Numbered from the whole stretch's first letter, positions 36,409 to 49,541 are shown. The stretch is 62,536 nucleotides of DNA, filler included, from Circinaria calcarea (GCA_051942165.1; 8 parts of 8 records of this genome joined end to end with filler, not necessarily neighbours in it), one strand, 5' to 3'. Made by a program: numbers and translations. The notes: generated by a model not told the origin, from the letters alone.

Positions 36409-38109
36409 GTTTAACTGGTCTATATCTGGAAGATCTCCCGTCATCTACTCAAATTGCATTGTCGAAAGCGTGGCGCTGGGAAAAGGTTGTCGGTTGAGGC
36501 ACACTCAGGCGGCAAATGGAGTCAGACCAAGGGAAGGGAGAAGATAATATGCATTGTACTTTTATCGGGAAAGAGGTATACGTCTGCACAAATAGAAATA
36601 ATAATAAGAAGGTTGTATCCAGGCATTCGACTTCAATTCCCCATATCCCCACTCTCCCTTCACCACCCCGCCACCTCTATTCCTTTCCTAGCTTCGCCTA
36701 AATCTTTCACGAAGGTACTCAGTGGTGGCTCCTTAGGAAGTAGTCGCTCCGCCCTTGCCTATTTTCCCTCCCTCTCCACATTTTCCCGTCTTCACCATCT
36801 TCTCCTCCTGTGTTCTTTACCTTTCAAGTACTTTCCTCCCCTCGGCAGATGGTTTCCCCCCCCCGTGACAGATCAGAAAATAGCTGATGAGGGGGAGGAC
36901 TACAAATCATCCTTGTATTCCTTTCGGCCATGAAACGTACAACGAGAAGCCAGGACGCTGCTCTTCTTCTACGTGTCATCCCCGAGCTGTTGTTCCCGAC
37001 ATGGACGAACATGTAAAACGAAAGGCCCCCCCCCTATCGGGATCAGAGACCGAACGGGTAGAGAAAATTACCAATCAGGAAGGGAACTTTGTGGCCGGAA
37101 ACAAATGGATCAGGGTGATATAGGGGCTGAACTGGCCACTTACTCCGTCGGTACTCTCCAATTGGCATGACCATGTCACCACCCCTCAGTGGGGGGCTTT
37201 TCAACCTACGGGCTCCCCCTCCAATTAATCATCTGATCTTACGGTCCGGTCCTTTCGAACATGGCGTTATCCTTTGTTTTGAAAACTTCCCAGTGGAGAT
37301 AGCTAAGGAGGAAGGGAAAAGCGGGGGTACAGTACAGTTGCAGTTCTCGGTCTCTCCCCCCTCTCTGGGAAATAAAGAAAAAGACGGGGCTCGGTTGGTT
37401 TACCTACCTAACAGCGAGAGAGAAGGGGGGAAAAACGGGCATTGGAAAGCGTGCAGCGCCGGCAGGGGGGAGACAGGTTTCCCCTCGACGTTTTTGACTC
37501 GAAACGCCCATTTCCGGCCGGCGTTTTCGTTCCCGTCTGCTTCTGGGGTGTGAGAAGGGGGGGAATACTGTCCCATGTTCAAAATCTAGTGGGGCGGAAG
37601 TCGGGAGATGGAAGTGCAGTTCCAAGGACAGCAACAGCACCTTGGGGGCTCAAAGGTGGTGGTGTCGACAAAAGGAGATAAGCGGGAAGGAGAGAGAGGG
37701 AGGGGAAACTGGGTGATGAGACCGGTAATCAACCAGGATTACCTTTTCCTTTGGTGATTCAAAGGTCTCGTGGATGGGAAGGAGCTCTTCTGAAACCCAC
37801 GGTTCCTTCGTGCGGCGAAAACATAGCAAGGCTAATAAATAGTCTCGCAGGTTTCCGTAGGCTCCGCAGATTACTGTTTTCGGGCTGCGACTTGCAAGTT
37901 AGGCTTGCGATTGAGTGCATTTAAAAAGCGGTTATATACGGAGGATAAAGATATATATAGGTAAAATACTTTACAAAATTCATTGGGCCCGGCAACCGAA
38001 GTTGTATTATGCATGTGTGCCATGTTTCCTGCTCAAAGCAAGCTCCACGGAACCAATTTGTTGAGAGTTGAAGGTATAATCCAAACGAGCTTCCCATCGA
38101 GTACCATCA

Positions 38110-39089
38110 CTAGAAATAGTAATCCTCCTCGTAGGGATCATCAGCCTTCTCATCGGCAACAGCGTTCTTGTCCTCGCTCTCCTCTTCAAACCCCTCCCGG
38201 TCACCAACTCTATCATCGATGAACGCATGCTCTTGAAGAACCCCAGTCGCACCCGCCTTCCCTTTCGAGCGCTTCCAGATCCCCATCCCGCCTCCTCCAC
38301 CTTCGGCCTCGCTCCCTCTCCCTCTCTTCTTCCTCTCCCCTTCCTGCTTCTGCGACTTCTGCTCCAGAGACCTAGCGTATGCCAGCTTCTCGTGGTCCCT
38401 GTATCGCTGTTTCTCCCTGCTATTAACCCGTCCGCCAGCCTTTCTACCCCGCCTCCGTTCGTTGAGATCGAGTTGCGTGGCACGAATGTCTGGTAACAAG
38501 TCTGTGGTGGCGGGATTTCTGCCTCGAGGGTGAGCGTATGCGGCATAGGGGCCTTCGTAGGAGGGGCCTTGCCCAGCACCGTAAATGGGGTGCATTGTAA
38601 GCTTCTTGGAGGCGATAAGTGCTCGCGATTGGCTGATACCGCTTGGATCCTCATCAGTGGCGGTAGGTTTCTCGAATGGAACATATCTAATTGTCCCGCA
38701 AGATCCTTTGCCGTTGGTGTGAGGGTCGTCATCGCTGTCGGAATCTGTCATCGGAAAGGTCGATAGAATGTGAACAGCGCCTTTGGCCGACCCGACGAGA
38801 AGATTAGTGTAATCGTATGAAAAGGTGCCACACATCACGGCGGAATCAAACTGGGCAACGTCTTGAACAAAGACATCCTCAGTAGACCTATATATGTCCC
38901 ATGTCTTGATAGTGCCGTCCGAAGAGCCGGTGTAAAAGAGCTGGCCCGCTTGGTCCCAGAGACTCAGGCGAACCCCAGTGTCTTGCTCGTCACGGTTAAG
39001 GAGCTCGTTGAGTTCATCAACCATCGGACCATGGCATAATTTGTGGAGAATTCTGTCCGGCATGCGAAAGTCCCACACATATGTATTGC
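38110..39089 (-). CDS. WD40 protein resembling Rik1-associated factor Raf1/Dos1, 3' part
   Basis: YVWDFR...H, DTGVRLSLWD, FYTGSSDGTIKTWDI, GTFSYDYTNLLVG; charged low-complexity tail. Confidence 0.7.
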
Positions 39090-39189
39090 NNNNNNNNNNN
39101 NNNNNNNNNNNNNNNNNNNNNNNNNNNNNNNNNTTAATTAATTAANNNNNNNNNNNNNNNNNNNNNNNNNNNNNNNNNNNNNNNNNNNN
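39090..39189. other. Artificial contig spacer
   Basis: N44-TTAATTAATTAA-N44. Confidence 0.98.
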
Positions 39190-40371
39190 GGGGGAGGAGA
39201 AGAGAATGGCTTACGGGTCATGAAGAGTTGGGAATAGGAGTGAAAGTCAATGTAGAGTTTCAATCCTGTACTCTTTGCGGCAAGGGCGTTGATGAATGCA
39301 GAGTGGGCCTTTGTTTCGGGAGCGTCGCCAGCTGATGTTCCTACATGGAGACAGCTCGGTTAGTACACGACAACCTTTGGCGAGCATGATGAGGCACAAT
39401 TACCTTTATAGTCCTGAGCGCAGGGATTGTTTGAAGCTCCACCAGGAACAGACCACATATACGGCCAATTTCGATTGATATCATGTCCGATACAGGTACT
39501 ACCCGAAGTTGCTTGACGATTCTTACGCCACAATCGATCGTTGGTTTGGCTATAACTAAATCCTGAACACTAATCAGAAACCCAAAACAGCCATGGGCGG
39601 AGAGTACAGGACAGACCGTCGGGCTATCGATGTGCACATGTCAGCATACTTGGGCAGAAGATCGGATTCAGCAGTACATACGTTTACCACGGGGAAGATA
39701 TAAAAGTCATATTTGTCAACAAAGCTTTTGATCGTTCTATCCGTAGCGTAGTTGGACAGTAGATTGAACGCCATATATTCGGTTACCATGGTGGTGATCC
39801 ATTCTCTCGCATGAACGGTTCCATGGAATACAATGGCAGGCCTAGAGCCCTTTCCGCCACTCCCGTAGAAATGGATTCCAGTGATCGGGCGACCTTGACC
39901 GGAGTTTCCTGCCACGACAATCTCCGACCTGGTAGGATACGAAGCCTGAAGATCCCGAAGAAATTGAAGATGATCGGCATAGGTATGATACGAGTTGAAC
40001 CAAGTGGAGTTTGCACTGCCGGCTAACCGAGAAACCCCGTTAGAATTGTATCGATAACTTCGTTCCATAGAGCGTACCAGCATAGACACCGTAATCTGCC
40101 TCGGCGGCAATAGATGCCCCCAAATCCTTATGCATGACTTGAGTTGTCGCTACGTCGAAAGGCTGTACACCCGGAGGGACTACCACATCAACGAATCCGT
40201 CATCTTTGGCCGCTCCGTTCCACGTCGACAACGACATTCCTTGGATCAGCTTCTTGACTTGGGCGACGACTTGACTCGAACGACTTTGTAACCGTCATAT
40301 TTGGCCTGGCCTTCTAGTGCGACTGCAGACACCAAAGTAATAAATAGAGTGGAGATCAAGAGTGACTTCAT
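39190..40371 (-). pseudogene. Secreted M14 zinc carboxypeptidase with two frameshifts; 3' end cut
   Basis: Signal peptide, YDGYKVVR prodomain, HAREWI, VVNPDG, WRKNR, DINRNW, YIDFHSYSQ. The frame breaks near 40275 and in an A4 run at 39258-39261. Confidence 0.8.
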
Positions 40372-41419
40372 GGTGAATTAGTTATAAACATATGATCGCT
40401 GACTATTGAAAAGATATTTCCAGCCGGCGGCCTTGCTTTATATACATCTGGTTCGACAGTAGTCCTGACTAGCTGAAGTATGAAGCCGCCCAACAAAGAG
40501 ATGGCGATAGACCCTATGACTCGTCCTTCGTTACCCTCTTCCTACAGGAAATGCGCTTACCTCAATGAGTGGTCAGCCATCGGTATGATCTGTGTACCTT
40601 CCCTGACCAGTCTAGATGGCCGTTTGAAGATAGATGATGATTGGCCAATGCAGCAAACCGGCGAGACAGACCACAGCTAAACGATGCGGTTCCCCTCCTG
40701 CTCGCCGAGGTGATGTGCATAGAATGAACCCTCGCGGCGACTGTACTGACGGAACGGACCGAGGACCAGGAAACAGCAGCGGAGGTGACTGGAGAGCGAT
40801 AACAGAGTTAGCGATCTCTGGGCCGTGAAGGTAATAAAACATCTTGACCTTCCGGAACCAGACATGGTGCTCCGCTGCACATGTCCTTGGCAGCATCATT
40901 GGGTTGGAAAGTTAACCTACTGTCGAGATTGGAGTCAGAACCTTATTGGCGTCACAGATAGTTCCAACCACTCGGTGTTCTCGAACAGCAGGAGGATTCC
41001 GTAGAGAGAGCGATGGATGGAGGCTGTCCTCCGAAACAAGAAAGAGTTGCGAGCATTGGCGTGACTCGAATATCGTACCATAGTGACTACATCTACACTT
41101 CAAACCTCGCATGCAGTGTGCAACTTGTGTGTCGACGGTAATTATCATGTACATGATGAATGAATTGTCTCGATATCTACATTCTATCGAATAATCTGGT
41201 TGATTGAGCGTACATGGCAACTTGCTTAGCAGTTGCGATCGAAAGCTCCCCACATGTGACAGTCTATTGTCTACCAAACCACCCATCACAGATGCTGCCC
41301 GCTTGTCCAACGACCCGTGAGATAGTAATGTAGGACTACCTATGCCATTAGCCGGCGTGATACTGGAGTAGGATTGCGGCTTACATTATCTCCAAGTTAG
41401 CGATGTTGCCGTGGGAGCT

Positions 41420-43357
41420 TTACGGCTTCAGATGTAGATCACAGAATCGTCGGACTCGCCTCAGTTGATCGATCAGATGCAGTCTCTCCTCCGATTCATG
41501 TTCCTCTCTTGGATACGTGACAAACTCACAGGGTATCCCGTGGTGCAAGCAGCCTCGATGGAAAGCGATTGCCTCGGTCAAAGGTACGCAGACATCATCT
41601 TCCCCATGCAGTATCAGGATAGGAGTCTTGACGTTCTTCACATTCCAGACGTCGCTGGCATGACGGGATCGAGTGTCATCCATGTTTGAGTCCCGTGGTT
41701 CTCCCCCAGCCAATTCAGCTTCATAGAGGGGAGCGTCGCTGCTGGTCTTCGACATCATGTCCCAGTTTGCCACCCCGCCTCCACAAATCGCGGCCCGGAA
41801 GTGGAAGTCTGGGCGGGTAACGGCCAGGGATGAAAGGAACCCGCCATATGACCAGCCTCCAATTGCCACTTTCTGCTCGCCGACTATTCCTTCAGCTATG
41901 CCTTGCTTCACCATTGAGATGATGTCCTCGTAGTCTCTAGTCCTCATCTTGCCTCTTGCCCCTGATGCATCCCACTCACTGCGGGAGCTACCACCACGGT
42001 AATTAGGACACAGTACTGCGTAGCCTGCCGAAGTAAGCCAAGGTCCCCAGTGGTAAGTCGAGGGCAGGTCGAAGCCAACAGAGACGCGGCTGTAAAGGCC
42101 TCCGTGAATCAAAACTACAGTTGGCCATGGCTTCGGGTTGTTGGCTTTAGATGGACTGAGGAGTACTCCATCGCCGCAGATATCATCCTTTATCCTATAG
42201 AAAAATGACTGTGCGTCGGCGATCTGAAGGCTTGCAATCGCTGTTCCATGTTGGGATAACTGACATACAACATCCCCCTCCACGGAGTAAATCTCGGTTA
42301 GAGAACTGCCGGAGCTTTTACCTACAGTTATGATAGATCCCTTGTTTGTTGTGTGTACGTCCCACGTTGATATCTCATGTGGCTCATCGTAGACTATCCT
42401 CCCATCCATAAGGTCTATCTGGTCCGAAAGGCCCGATTGAACTTGTATTGCCATCGATTTGGCCGCTGGACGCAATCCTACCGCACCGGTCGTATAGCCG
42501 AAAACAGACCTAGTCCACACTTTGTCATCCAAAGAGACGCTGTAAACGATACTCGAAGTATTAGATAGACGTAGCATAGCACCAGCCAGAAAGAATAGAC
42601 GTTCATTAAACCAGACAAGCGCACGGATTGGGCCTGGGAAATCACAAATAGCTGTAGTTTCCTTGTTTAAAAGAGATACTCTTTCGAACAGAATTCCGTC
42701 ATCCTCAGGAGAAGTGACATCGGGAGTCTTGTGTACAGCGTAAGCAATTTCGGCCGAGTCCTCGCTCCAGGCGTGTTCGTGAACGTGAGCCTCTTTTGCA
42801 AACAGTACAGATAGCTCAAGTGTCCCAACATGAAGGCACCGCAGTCGGTTATTTTCCCAGTGTCCACCATATATCTTCGCATCGTCTCCCCCCTTCTCTT
42901 TATTCTCCTGCTCCACCGACTTCTCATCTGGGCTTAGAAACGAGATGAAACGTCCGTCAGGGCTCCAGCTGAAGGCGGTAATCTTCTTTTTATTATCGGC
43001 TCTGGTGACGGGATAGGGTTCCCCGCCTCGAATTGGCTCAATTGGGAGAAGGCAGATGGCCGAGGACTCGCCGCGCTTGGCTCTATAGGATATGAAGGCA
43101 ATGTATTTTCCATCTGGTGACCACTGTAGTAGGGTATCGTAGAACAATCCTGACGTGCGTTGACGAGCTGAATACTCCTTGCCAACTGTGGCGATCCACA
43201 AGGAAGAGACAGGATGGGCGTCATATCTTCCAGACGGAGTCAACGAATACACCACCTTGCGTCCAGATGGTGAAATGCAGACATCGGCTGGAGTCTGTAA
43301 GTCCACCAAAGCTTCTGCAGTCAATTGCTGCGTTTGGTCGACGAGGTGGGATGTCAT
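41420..43357 (-). CDS. S9 family serine peptidase (dipeptidyl-peptidase/acylaminoacyl-peptidase-like)
   Basis: Intronless; beta-propeller WSPDG repeats, LIHGG, PNYRG, nucleophile GWSYGG, Asp in HGEDD.CVP, His in YPREEH. Confidence 0.92.
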   Translation of the reverse strand: MTSHLVDQTQQLTAEALVDLQTPADVCISPSGRKVVYSLTPSGRYDAHPVSSLWIATVGKEYSARQRTSGLFYDTLLQWSPDGKYIAFISYRAKRGESSAICLLPIEPIRGGEPYPVTRADNKKKITAFSWSPDGRFISFLSPDEKSVEQENKEKGGDDAKIYGGHWENNRLRCLHVGTLELSVLFAKEAHVHEHAWSEDSAEIAYAVHKTPDVTSPEDDGILFERVSLLNKETTAICDFPGPIRALVWFNERLFFLAGAMLRLSNTSSIVYSVSLDDKVWTRSVFGYTTGAVGLRPAAKSMAIQVQSGLSDQIDLMDGRIVYDEPHEISTWDVHTTNKGSIITVGKSSGSSLTEIYSVEGDVVCQLSQHGTAIASLQIADAQSFFYRIKDDICGDGVLLSPSKANNPKPWPTVVLIHGGLYSRVSVGFDLPSTYHWGPWLTSAGYAVLCPNYRGGSSRSEWDASGARGKMRTRDYEDIISMVKQGIAEGIVGEQKVAIGGWSYGGFLSSLAVTRPDFHFRAAICGGGVANWDMMSKTSSDAPLYEAELAGGEPRDSNMDDTRSRHASDVWNVKNVKTPILILHGEDDVCVPLTEAIAFHRGCLHHGIPCEFVTYPREEHESEERLHLIDQLRRVRRFCDLHLKP

Positions 43358-44675
43358 CTTCACAAGAGCCAGTGGATTAAAGTATTGGATGAAATCAAGT
43401 ATTGCAATCGGTTGTTAAGCAGTATCCACTATGGTGGATGTTACCAGATTTCTAGGTACAATCGATGGTAGTGTGCAAAAGCTGTCACTGATGAGAGATG
43501 ATTAATGTAAGAGAGAAGCCCAGAGCCTCACGGCCTACAAACAGATTTCTAAAGAAAATGTAAACACGCACGACATCACCATTTGACCGAACATTAATAC
43601 ACACATACGCCAAATTTCGAATGAGACATGATTCTTGCATGAGGGGTCCTCCAGGGTCATGTTGTTACTTTGCGGCAATGACATCTGCTCACTCGCCCAG
43701 TTAAGTACACTTTGGTATACGACATTTTCACCACTATAGATTAGTTCTATAGATACTCCGTGTGTACATTGGGGGTATCTGCTATGGTGTTCTGAAACGC
43801 CATCCAAGACTTGTGAACATGCTTCCACAGACAGTTGTGCCGATGATATGTTTAAAGATCGAATACAAATCGCCGTTGGAAGTGCTGTCGTGTAGTGTAG
43901 GAGATATCACTACGAACAACGATATATACTCCTCATGCTAGCGTGCTTTTCCTCGCGATACCGTCTCGCTTATGCCGTCTCGCTTGGACCCAGGACAGAA
44001 CGTTTACTGCTGATACTCTTAGGGTGTAGCATGCCATTGGCTCGTGGTAAGGCTTTCATGCGAGCGCTCTGTCGAAAGAGTGTCACGCAAAAGCCTCGGT
44101 GAAAAGCCTTGGCAAAAGCGTTTCGAATAAGGCAATTGAGTAACAAAAGAAACAGCAAGCGTTACACGACATCATGGCCGCATTCACAAGCAATGCTGTA
44201 AGATTGGCTATCCTTCAAATCATCCACATCTATGGGTGTCTTGGTCCTGCTCAGATATCAGACACAGCCGAATTCGTGGACGTACGGAGTAAGCAATGGG
44301 GTTTGGTTCGGGGCCATGCTTAGCCAAGACGTAAGAGAATTGTGAATCATATATAAGTCATGTCTGATCCAACTAATACCCCTATTCAATTTGCTACTAT
44401 TCTTGGTTCTATAAGCTAAGCCGCGTCCTGGAGTTCGATGCTTCAGTATCAATTTGGCCAAATACAAGAGTATCCGAACTCCGAGATCCGACACCTCCTT
44501 GTGACTCACCACGGAGTCACGTCAATCAGACACATATATCTACCAAGGCCATCCCATTTTTCGTATCCGTTATGCCCATCAGATTCACGTCACTTAGGGA
44601 TTATCTAAAGTAACTTAGAATCTCGAGACCATTCAACCCACTAAAACCAAATTCTTTCACATTCCAGCCATCACC

Positions 44676-44894
44676 ATGTCACCCCTACGCACCTCCAAAG
44701 CCCAAACCATCCCACTGCCTAAAGACTCCGATTCCGCTTCGACTAAAAGTTCCTCAGCTATCTCGACTGCATTGACACTGACCGATTCGACGCCGAAGAA
44801 AGACTGCTTCTCATCCACCAACGCGAGCTCGAATAGGTCGAAGAAAGTCACCAGGGACTGGGAAGTGGCAGCTACTTACCTCATGTTGAGGTGA
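44676..44894 (+). CDS. Small Ser/Thr/Lys-rich hypothetical protein (72 aa)
   Basis: Strong fungal start context TCACCATG; C-terminus WEVAATYLMLR* resembles, from memory, the EAxATYxxxR* end of small ascomycete proteins. Confidence 0.5.
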   Translation: MSPLRTSKAQTIPLPKDSDSASTKSSSAISTALTLTDSTPKKDCFSSTNASSNRSKKVTRDWEVAATYLMLR

Positions 44895-46745
44895 TTGGTG
44901 CTGAGAGTTCCTTGTTGTTTGTACGTGTCTATACGATCCCGAACGCTAGAACCTGTGGCCCTAATGATTCATTCAGCCAAAGCGCTTCCCCCGTCGGGGT
45001 CTATGTTTCGAATTGAACCTGTTGGCATGGATCCTCTAGGGAGGTTGGGCGTTTGCAATCGACAGTCATGTTCCCACAATGACCTTGATCCTATGTGGCC
45101 ATGAGGGCTTTCGCGGATCGTCATCTGGTCTTAGAAAATAAAAATAGCTCGGAAGGCGTTGGAAGTTTCCAGATGTATAGCTTCCCTTCCTTTCAACACA
45201 GAATGTCGATGCAATTACTACAAATTAGCTAGGAGACAAGTGGAAGGCTGCAATACCATAATTTCAGAGATCGCGGGATACCAATACCATCCTCTCCATC
45301 TCTCTCCTTCATGTGTGTAGTTCGGTCAACTCCGCATCAAACCATCCGCGCTCGAGCATAAGCTGGACACAGATATGATAAAAGCTGCCGCTTCGATGAA
45401 AATTGGGGTAGATCGAAATATCAATGCCGTCGCAGGAACGGCAGCGTTGTGACTTGCTAGAGAAAGTGGAAGTGCTGCGGTGATGTTAGTGCTCCTGGAG
45501 TTCTAGTGTGGATTAAGAGCGTTAGATTTCCATGCGTGCAATTTGGTGTTGACCCTCTGGTTGTCGAAAGGGCGAGATGGATTGGCCTGAGCTGTGAGGA
45601 CCTAAGAATTGTTGGGCAGAAGAAATATAGGGAAGGCAGAAGGGATATAGGGAAGGTTGAAGTACACCAACAGGAGGAGATGATGATGAACGAAGCGGTT
45701 TAGGAACAGGAAGCTTGAAAATGATCCAACTCTCTCTCTTGGTTTGATGTAAAATAGCAAAAGCTGACTACTCCTCCTGCTTTGGAACTTCCATTGAGAA
45801 TCCATGTAGATCTTCTCTGACCGGCTACAAAACCACCGTTTCTACTGCTCCTTATCTCCTCCACTAACTTTATGCTTCCCAAACTCCGATCGGCAGTCGC
45901 CCCCCCCCCTTCCCTCCCCCCAGTTGATCAGGACCATTCCAGGACGATGTTGTCCATATATATCCCATGCTCTTACTAGTTGTCTTCCCCTGTGTTCAAA
46001 GTATGCCCGCTGGATTATCTTTTCTACCTTTAGGAAGGCATATCCCAACCGAACCTCGAAATGTCCTTTATGCTATCTATGGCATTGAATACTTAAGAGC
46101 AAGCCCGGAGCAGGGCACGAAGCGCTACTGAAAGGACCCTCTGTCGTAAGAGTACTCGGGCGTTCGGTTAAGGTTGATATGGGTCAATTGGATAAACTTT
46201 GGCGGGCTGAAAGGGTTGAAGAAATAAGAGCGCAATTCAGGAGACTGGAAAGTGGCTAGGTATGGGTGAGTTAGTATGCTGGCAGGTATACATATCTTCT
46301 GCCTCTGTTCTCCCTTGATAGTCGCCGGTGCCTAACATCTTGGAGATCTCGGTGACTGAGTGGAAGTACGCTCGGAGTTCTTTCACTAGCGTGGTGGCTT
46401 AGGTCTTTTCTTCAACTCCGCATACTCCGCAACAACAATTCCTTTTCCTCTCCATCTTACCCATAAGTATCTGTGAACGCCGAAGGAAACGGAAAGAAAC
46501 TACGATGGAGATCTTCCCCCTCCTACTCGGAGTCTCCTGTCTTCGCCTTGATCGTATCGTGTAATGGTACCTTCAATCTTCCACTCCGAAAATCGATGAT
46601 TGGAAATTCTCTGAGCATCCCACAGGCATGATCATGCTCGTTCGGTGCTCGTTCCCACTCTATCTACTTGTTTCCGAAGCTTTTCGTACTAGCATCTAGA
46701 TTTTCCTATCAATAAAGCCCGAAGCCAGGTTTTGTTTCCAGTACT

Positions 46746-46909
46746 ATGATCTCCGTACAGGGGAGGCTCCCGCCTTCCAAAAGACGCAACGGCAAGCAGG
46801 CCTCATGTGAACCATGCCGGAAAGCTAAGCTCGCTTGTGATCATGCTTTACCGGTATGCGGACGGTGCTTGAATCGGAATACGAACGCTCATTGTGTGTA
46901 TCATCCGGC
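46746..46909 (+). CDS. Zn(II)2Cys6 transcription factor, 5' fragment
   Basis: RRNGKQASCEPCRKAKLACDHALPVCGRCLNRNTNAHCVY. Confidence 0.92.
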
Positions 46910-47009
46910 NNNNNNNNNNNNNNNNNNNNNNNNNNNNNNNNNNNNNNNNNNNNTTAATTAATTAANNNNNNNNNNNNNNNNNNNNNNNNNNNNNNNNNNN
47001 NNNNNNNNN
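46910..47009. other. Artificial contig spacer
   Basis: N44-TTAATTAATTAA-N44. Confidence 0.98.
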
Positions 47010-47077
47010 AGGAGCCAAGGGGCCCAGGGGGTCGGGTTCCCCTAAGGATGTGAGAAAAAGTCTACCCCCACCCTATC

Positions 47078-47167
47078 CCATCACATCACATCACATCCCA
47101 TCCCATCGCAGAGAGAGAGGGATTTCACATTTAGGATATATCGGCAGGGCAGGGCAGGGCAGGGCAG
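47078..47167. repeat. Simple repeats (CATCA/CATCC)n, (GA)n and (GGCAG)5
   Basis: Visible directly; (GGCAG)5 at 47143-47167. Confidence 0.85.
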
Positions 47168-47477
47168 GTATAAGGCAGACGGACAAAAATCGTGTATCGA
47201 CATACATTATATTTTCTCGTTTGACATGTGCAGAATTTTCTTTTTTACCCCCCCTTCAGCCTCACGTTCACGAGTAACCCGGTCGAGAGGGCTCCTTTCA
47301 AACAGAAAACAAACATGATGCGTATACTTGAGAAGAGTGAATCGACTACTGTAGTAGAACCATAGCTCCTCCGCTTATTCCAACCGTCTAAACTCCGGCC
47401 ACGCATGCATCTGTACAAAAACCCCGCCAGAGAAAATTAAGAAATGTGGACTGCAGTAATTCTCCATAGTTGGAAAA

Positions 47478-49541
47478 TCATAGGTCTTTCTGGAGCTTCT
47501 GGACTTCTCGGTGCAACGTCTTGACATCTTCTTCCTTTGGCAACTATCGCAGCATGGTTAGCAATTCTAGTCCTTGCAATGATGAATTCAACAGAGAATA
47601 TCTCACCCTCAGCATATATGGAACAACTCTTCCTTCATTAACCACCGAAAACATGATTAATCTCCCAGAGGGTGCTTTCCCACGACCATCACTAAAACTC
47701 ATTTCTTTAAAGATTCGAGTATTCAGTACGACCCGACCGGTCAATTGTTGGTGCATGATGAACCGGGCTTTGGGCTTCTGGTCCTCTCCAGTTCCCTCGG
47801 GGGTTGCTTTCGCTACGTTGAGCTTGAAAAGACCAAGTCCTCGCTCCGACCAGTCATTCCCTGTGTATTCGAATAGCTTACCACGCATCTGAAAAAGGAC
47901 CTTCTCCCCTTCCTCTCCGGTATCTACTGCCAGTTGTTAGAACTCGCATCAATCACGTGAAATGTGCCTTGTCTTCACTTACTATTGTCTTGCTTGTGAA
48001 ACCGAGTTTCAGCTGTATCGGCTTTTTCCATATCTCGCTCCTCTTTATCCACACCACTTTCAGCATCGCTATCCTTATCTTCTTCGTCAGATTCTGTAGC
48101 AGCCCCAAAAGGTTTCGAAGCCACACTTCCAAGCTTAGTGTCTCCAGTGGGCGCAGCAAAACTTGAGAGCTTGTTACCGCCGGCAAACCCACCGCCGAAG
48201 CCCGAGGTAGGAGCAGTACCTCCGAGGGTACCAAAGCCTGACAAACCAGAGGAACCAAATGCCGACGAACCTGTACTTGCAAAGCTCATCGAAGAGGCAC
48301 TGCCATCACTGGGCTTAGCATTTTCGGTTTTGGATTGTGGTAACACAGTAAAGGGAGACTTGGACGACTCATGTGGAGACTTGACAGTGTTGTTGGTTGA
48401 GATGGCCGAAGATGAGGATCCAATAGCACCAAACGGCGACTTTGCTCCTGCCAAAGCTGCGAAACCAGAAGAGGCGAAAGCGCTGCTAGAAGTTTGGGTT
48501 TGCTGATTGATAAAATGTTCTCCAATCGAAGTGGCTTTGCCATTCGGAGATTTTGTTCTAGCGAGGCTACCGAACGGAGACTCTTTGGAGATGTTTGCAA
48601 AGCCGCTAGCATGAGGTATCTGGGATATTGTTAGCATGGTTAAATCTTTAGGGTATCCCGGTGGTTATAGATTCTAGTACCTCTACGATTGGTTTTTCCA
48701 TTGTAGTCTTGCTAGAGGATTGTGTTGGTTGTGTCACAGGTTCACTTTGCGTACTTTCCTCCTCTGGTTTAGTAGATGCATCTCCGGTTTCATCTTGATG
48801 CATCCTTTCTTCTTCCGAAGATCGCCGTCGCCTTGTTTCGTCCGTCGCTGCTATCTTCTGACCTCGGTAAGATTCGGCCTCAGGTTGATCCCCACTCCTC
48901 TCTCTACTTCGTTTTTTCCTTGGGCTAAGTATCGATTCCTGCATCTCTTGATCCACAGCTTCTGCCTCGGGCGGTGGAGCATTAGTACCGTTCGGGCCAC
49001 TGACTGTTGAATCAACAATATTGGTTTCGTGCTCCAATTTTCCGTCATCCATGGCTTCGCTCTCTTCATGCAAGGGAGGTTTAGGTGATTCTTGTTTTCG
49101 AGTCTCTGTTTTAAGTGATTCCCCAGCATGAACGTCTTTAGACCTCTTCCGTACATGCCTACCCGTCATCTCAGTTGATACAATTTCAGAAGGCGCTTCA
49201 TTGGGATCGGTAGCTTCCAAATCATCCAAAGATCGCTTTCTAGCAGGCCTACCTCTAGGCTCTGCTTCAGATTCTCTGTTAATTGACTGTAACTGCTCCT
49301 CGTCATGTTCGGGGAGCATATTGTGGTCCTCCTGAACCTCAATCTCGTCCTTAGCCAGTGTGACATCATGTTTCGGTATTGATGCAATGGAGGTCTTCTT
49401 TAGCTTTTCTCGGACAGGCCGTTCGCTGGTGTCATTGTCACTGGCGGGATCTGTGGTGGTGTGATGGGTGCTGTATACTCCCATGGGTTGTAAGTGTCCG
49501 TTATCTTGCGGCGAGCTCTGCCGCTGTGCCGTCTGTGTCAT
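47478..49541 (-). CDS. RanBD1-domain protein with FG/SPF repeats (Yrb2/Hba1/Nup56-like)
   Basis: ERPVREKLKKTSI, SPRKKRSR, SPFG/FASSGFAALA/GFGGGF repeats, DTGEEGE..LFQMRGKLF..WSERGLG.FKLN..ARFIM..RVVLN; three introns; stop at 47480-47478. Confidence 0.88.

Noticed and set aside
38007..38732. 241-aa overlapping ORF, and similar antisense ORFs at 19698-20267 and 53504-54211
   Set aside because: They overlap well-supported genes in another frame or strand and carry no motifs.
39190..43357. M14 and S9 peptidases as a functional cluster
   Set aside because: One is secreted and frameshifted, the other lacks a signal peptide; adjacency alone is weak evidence.
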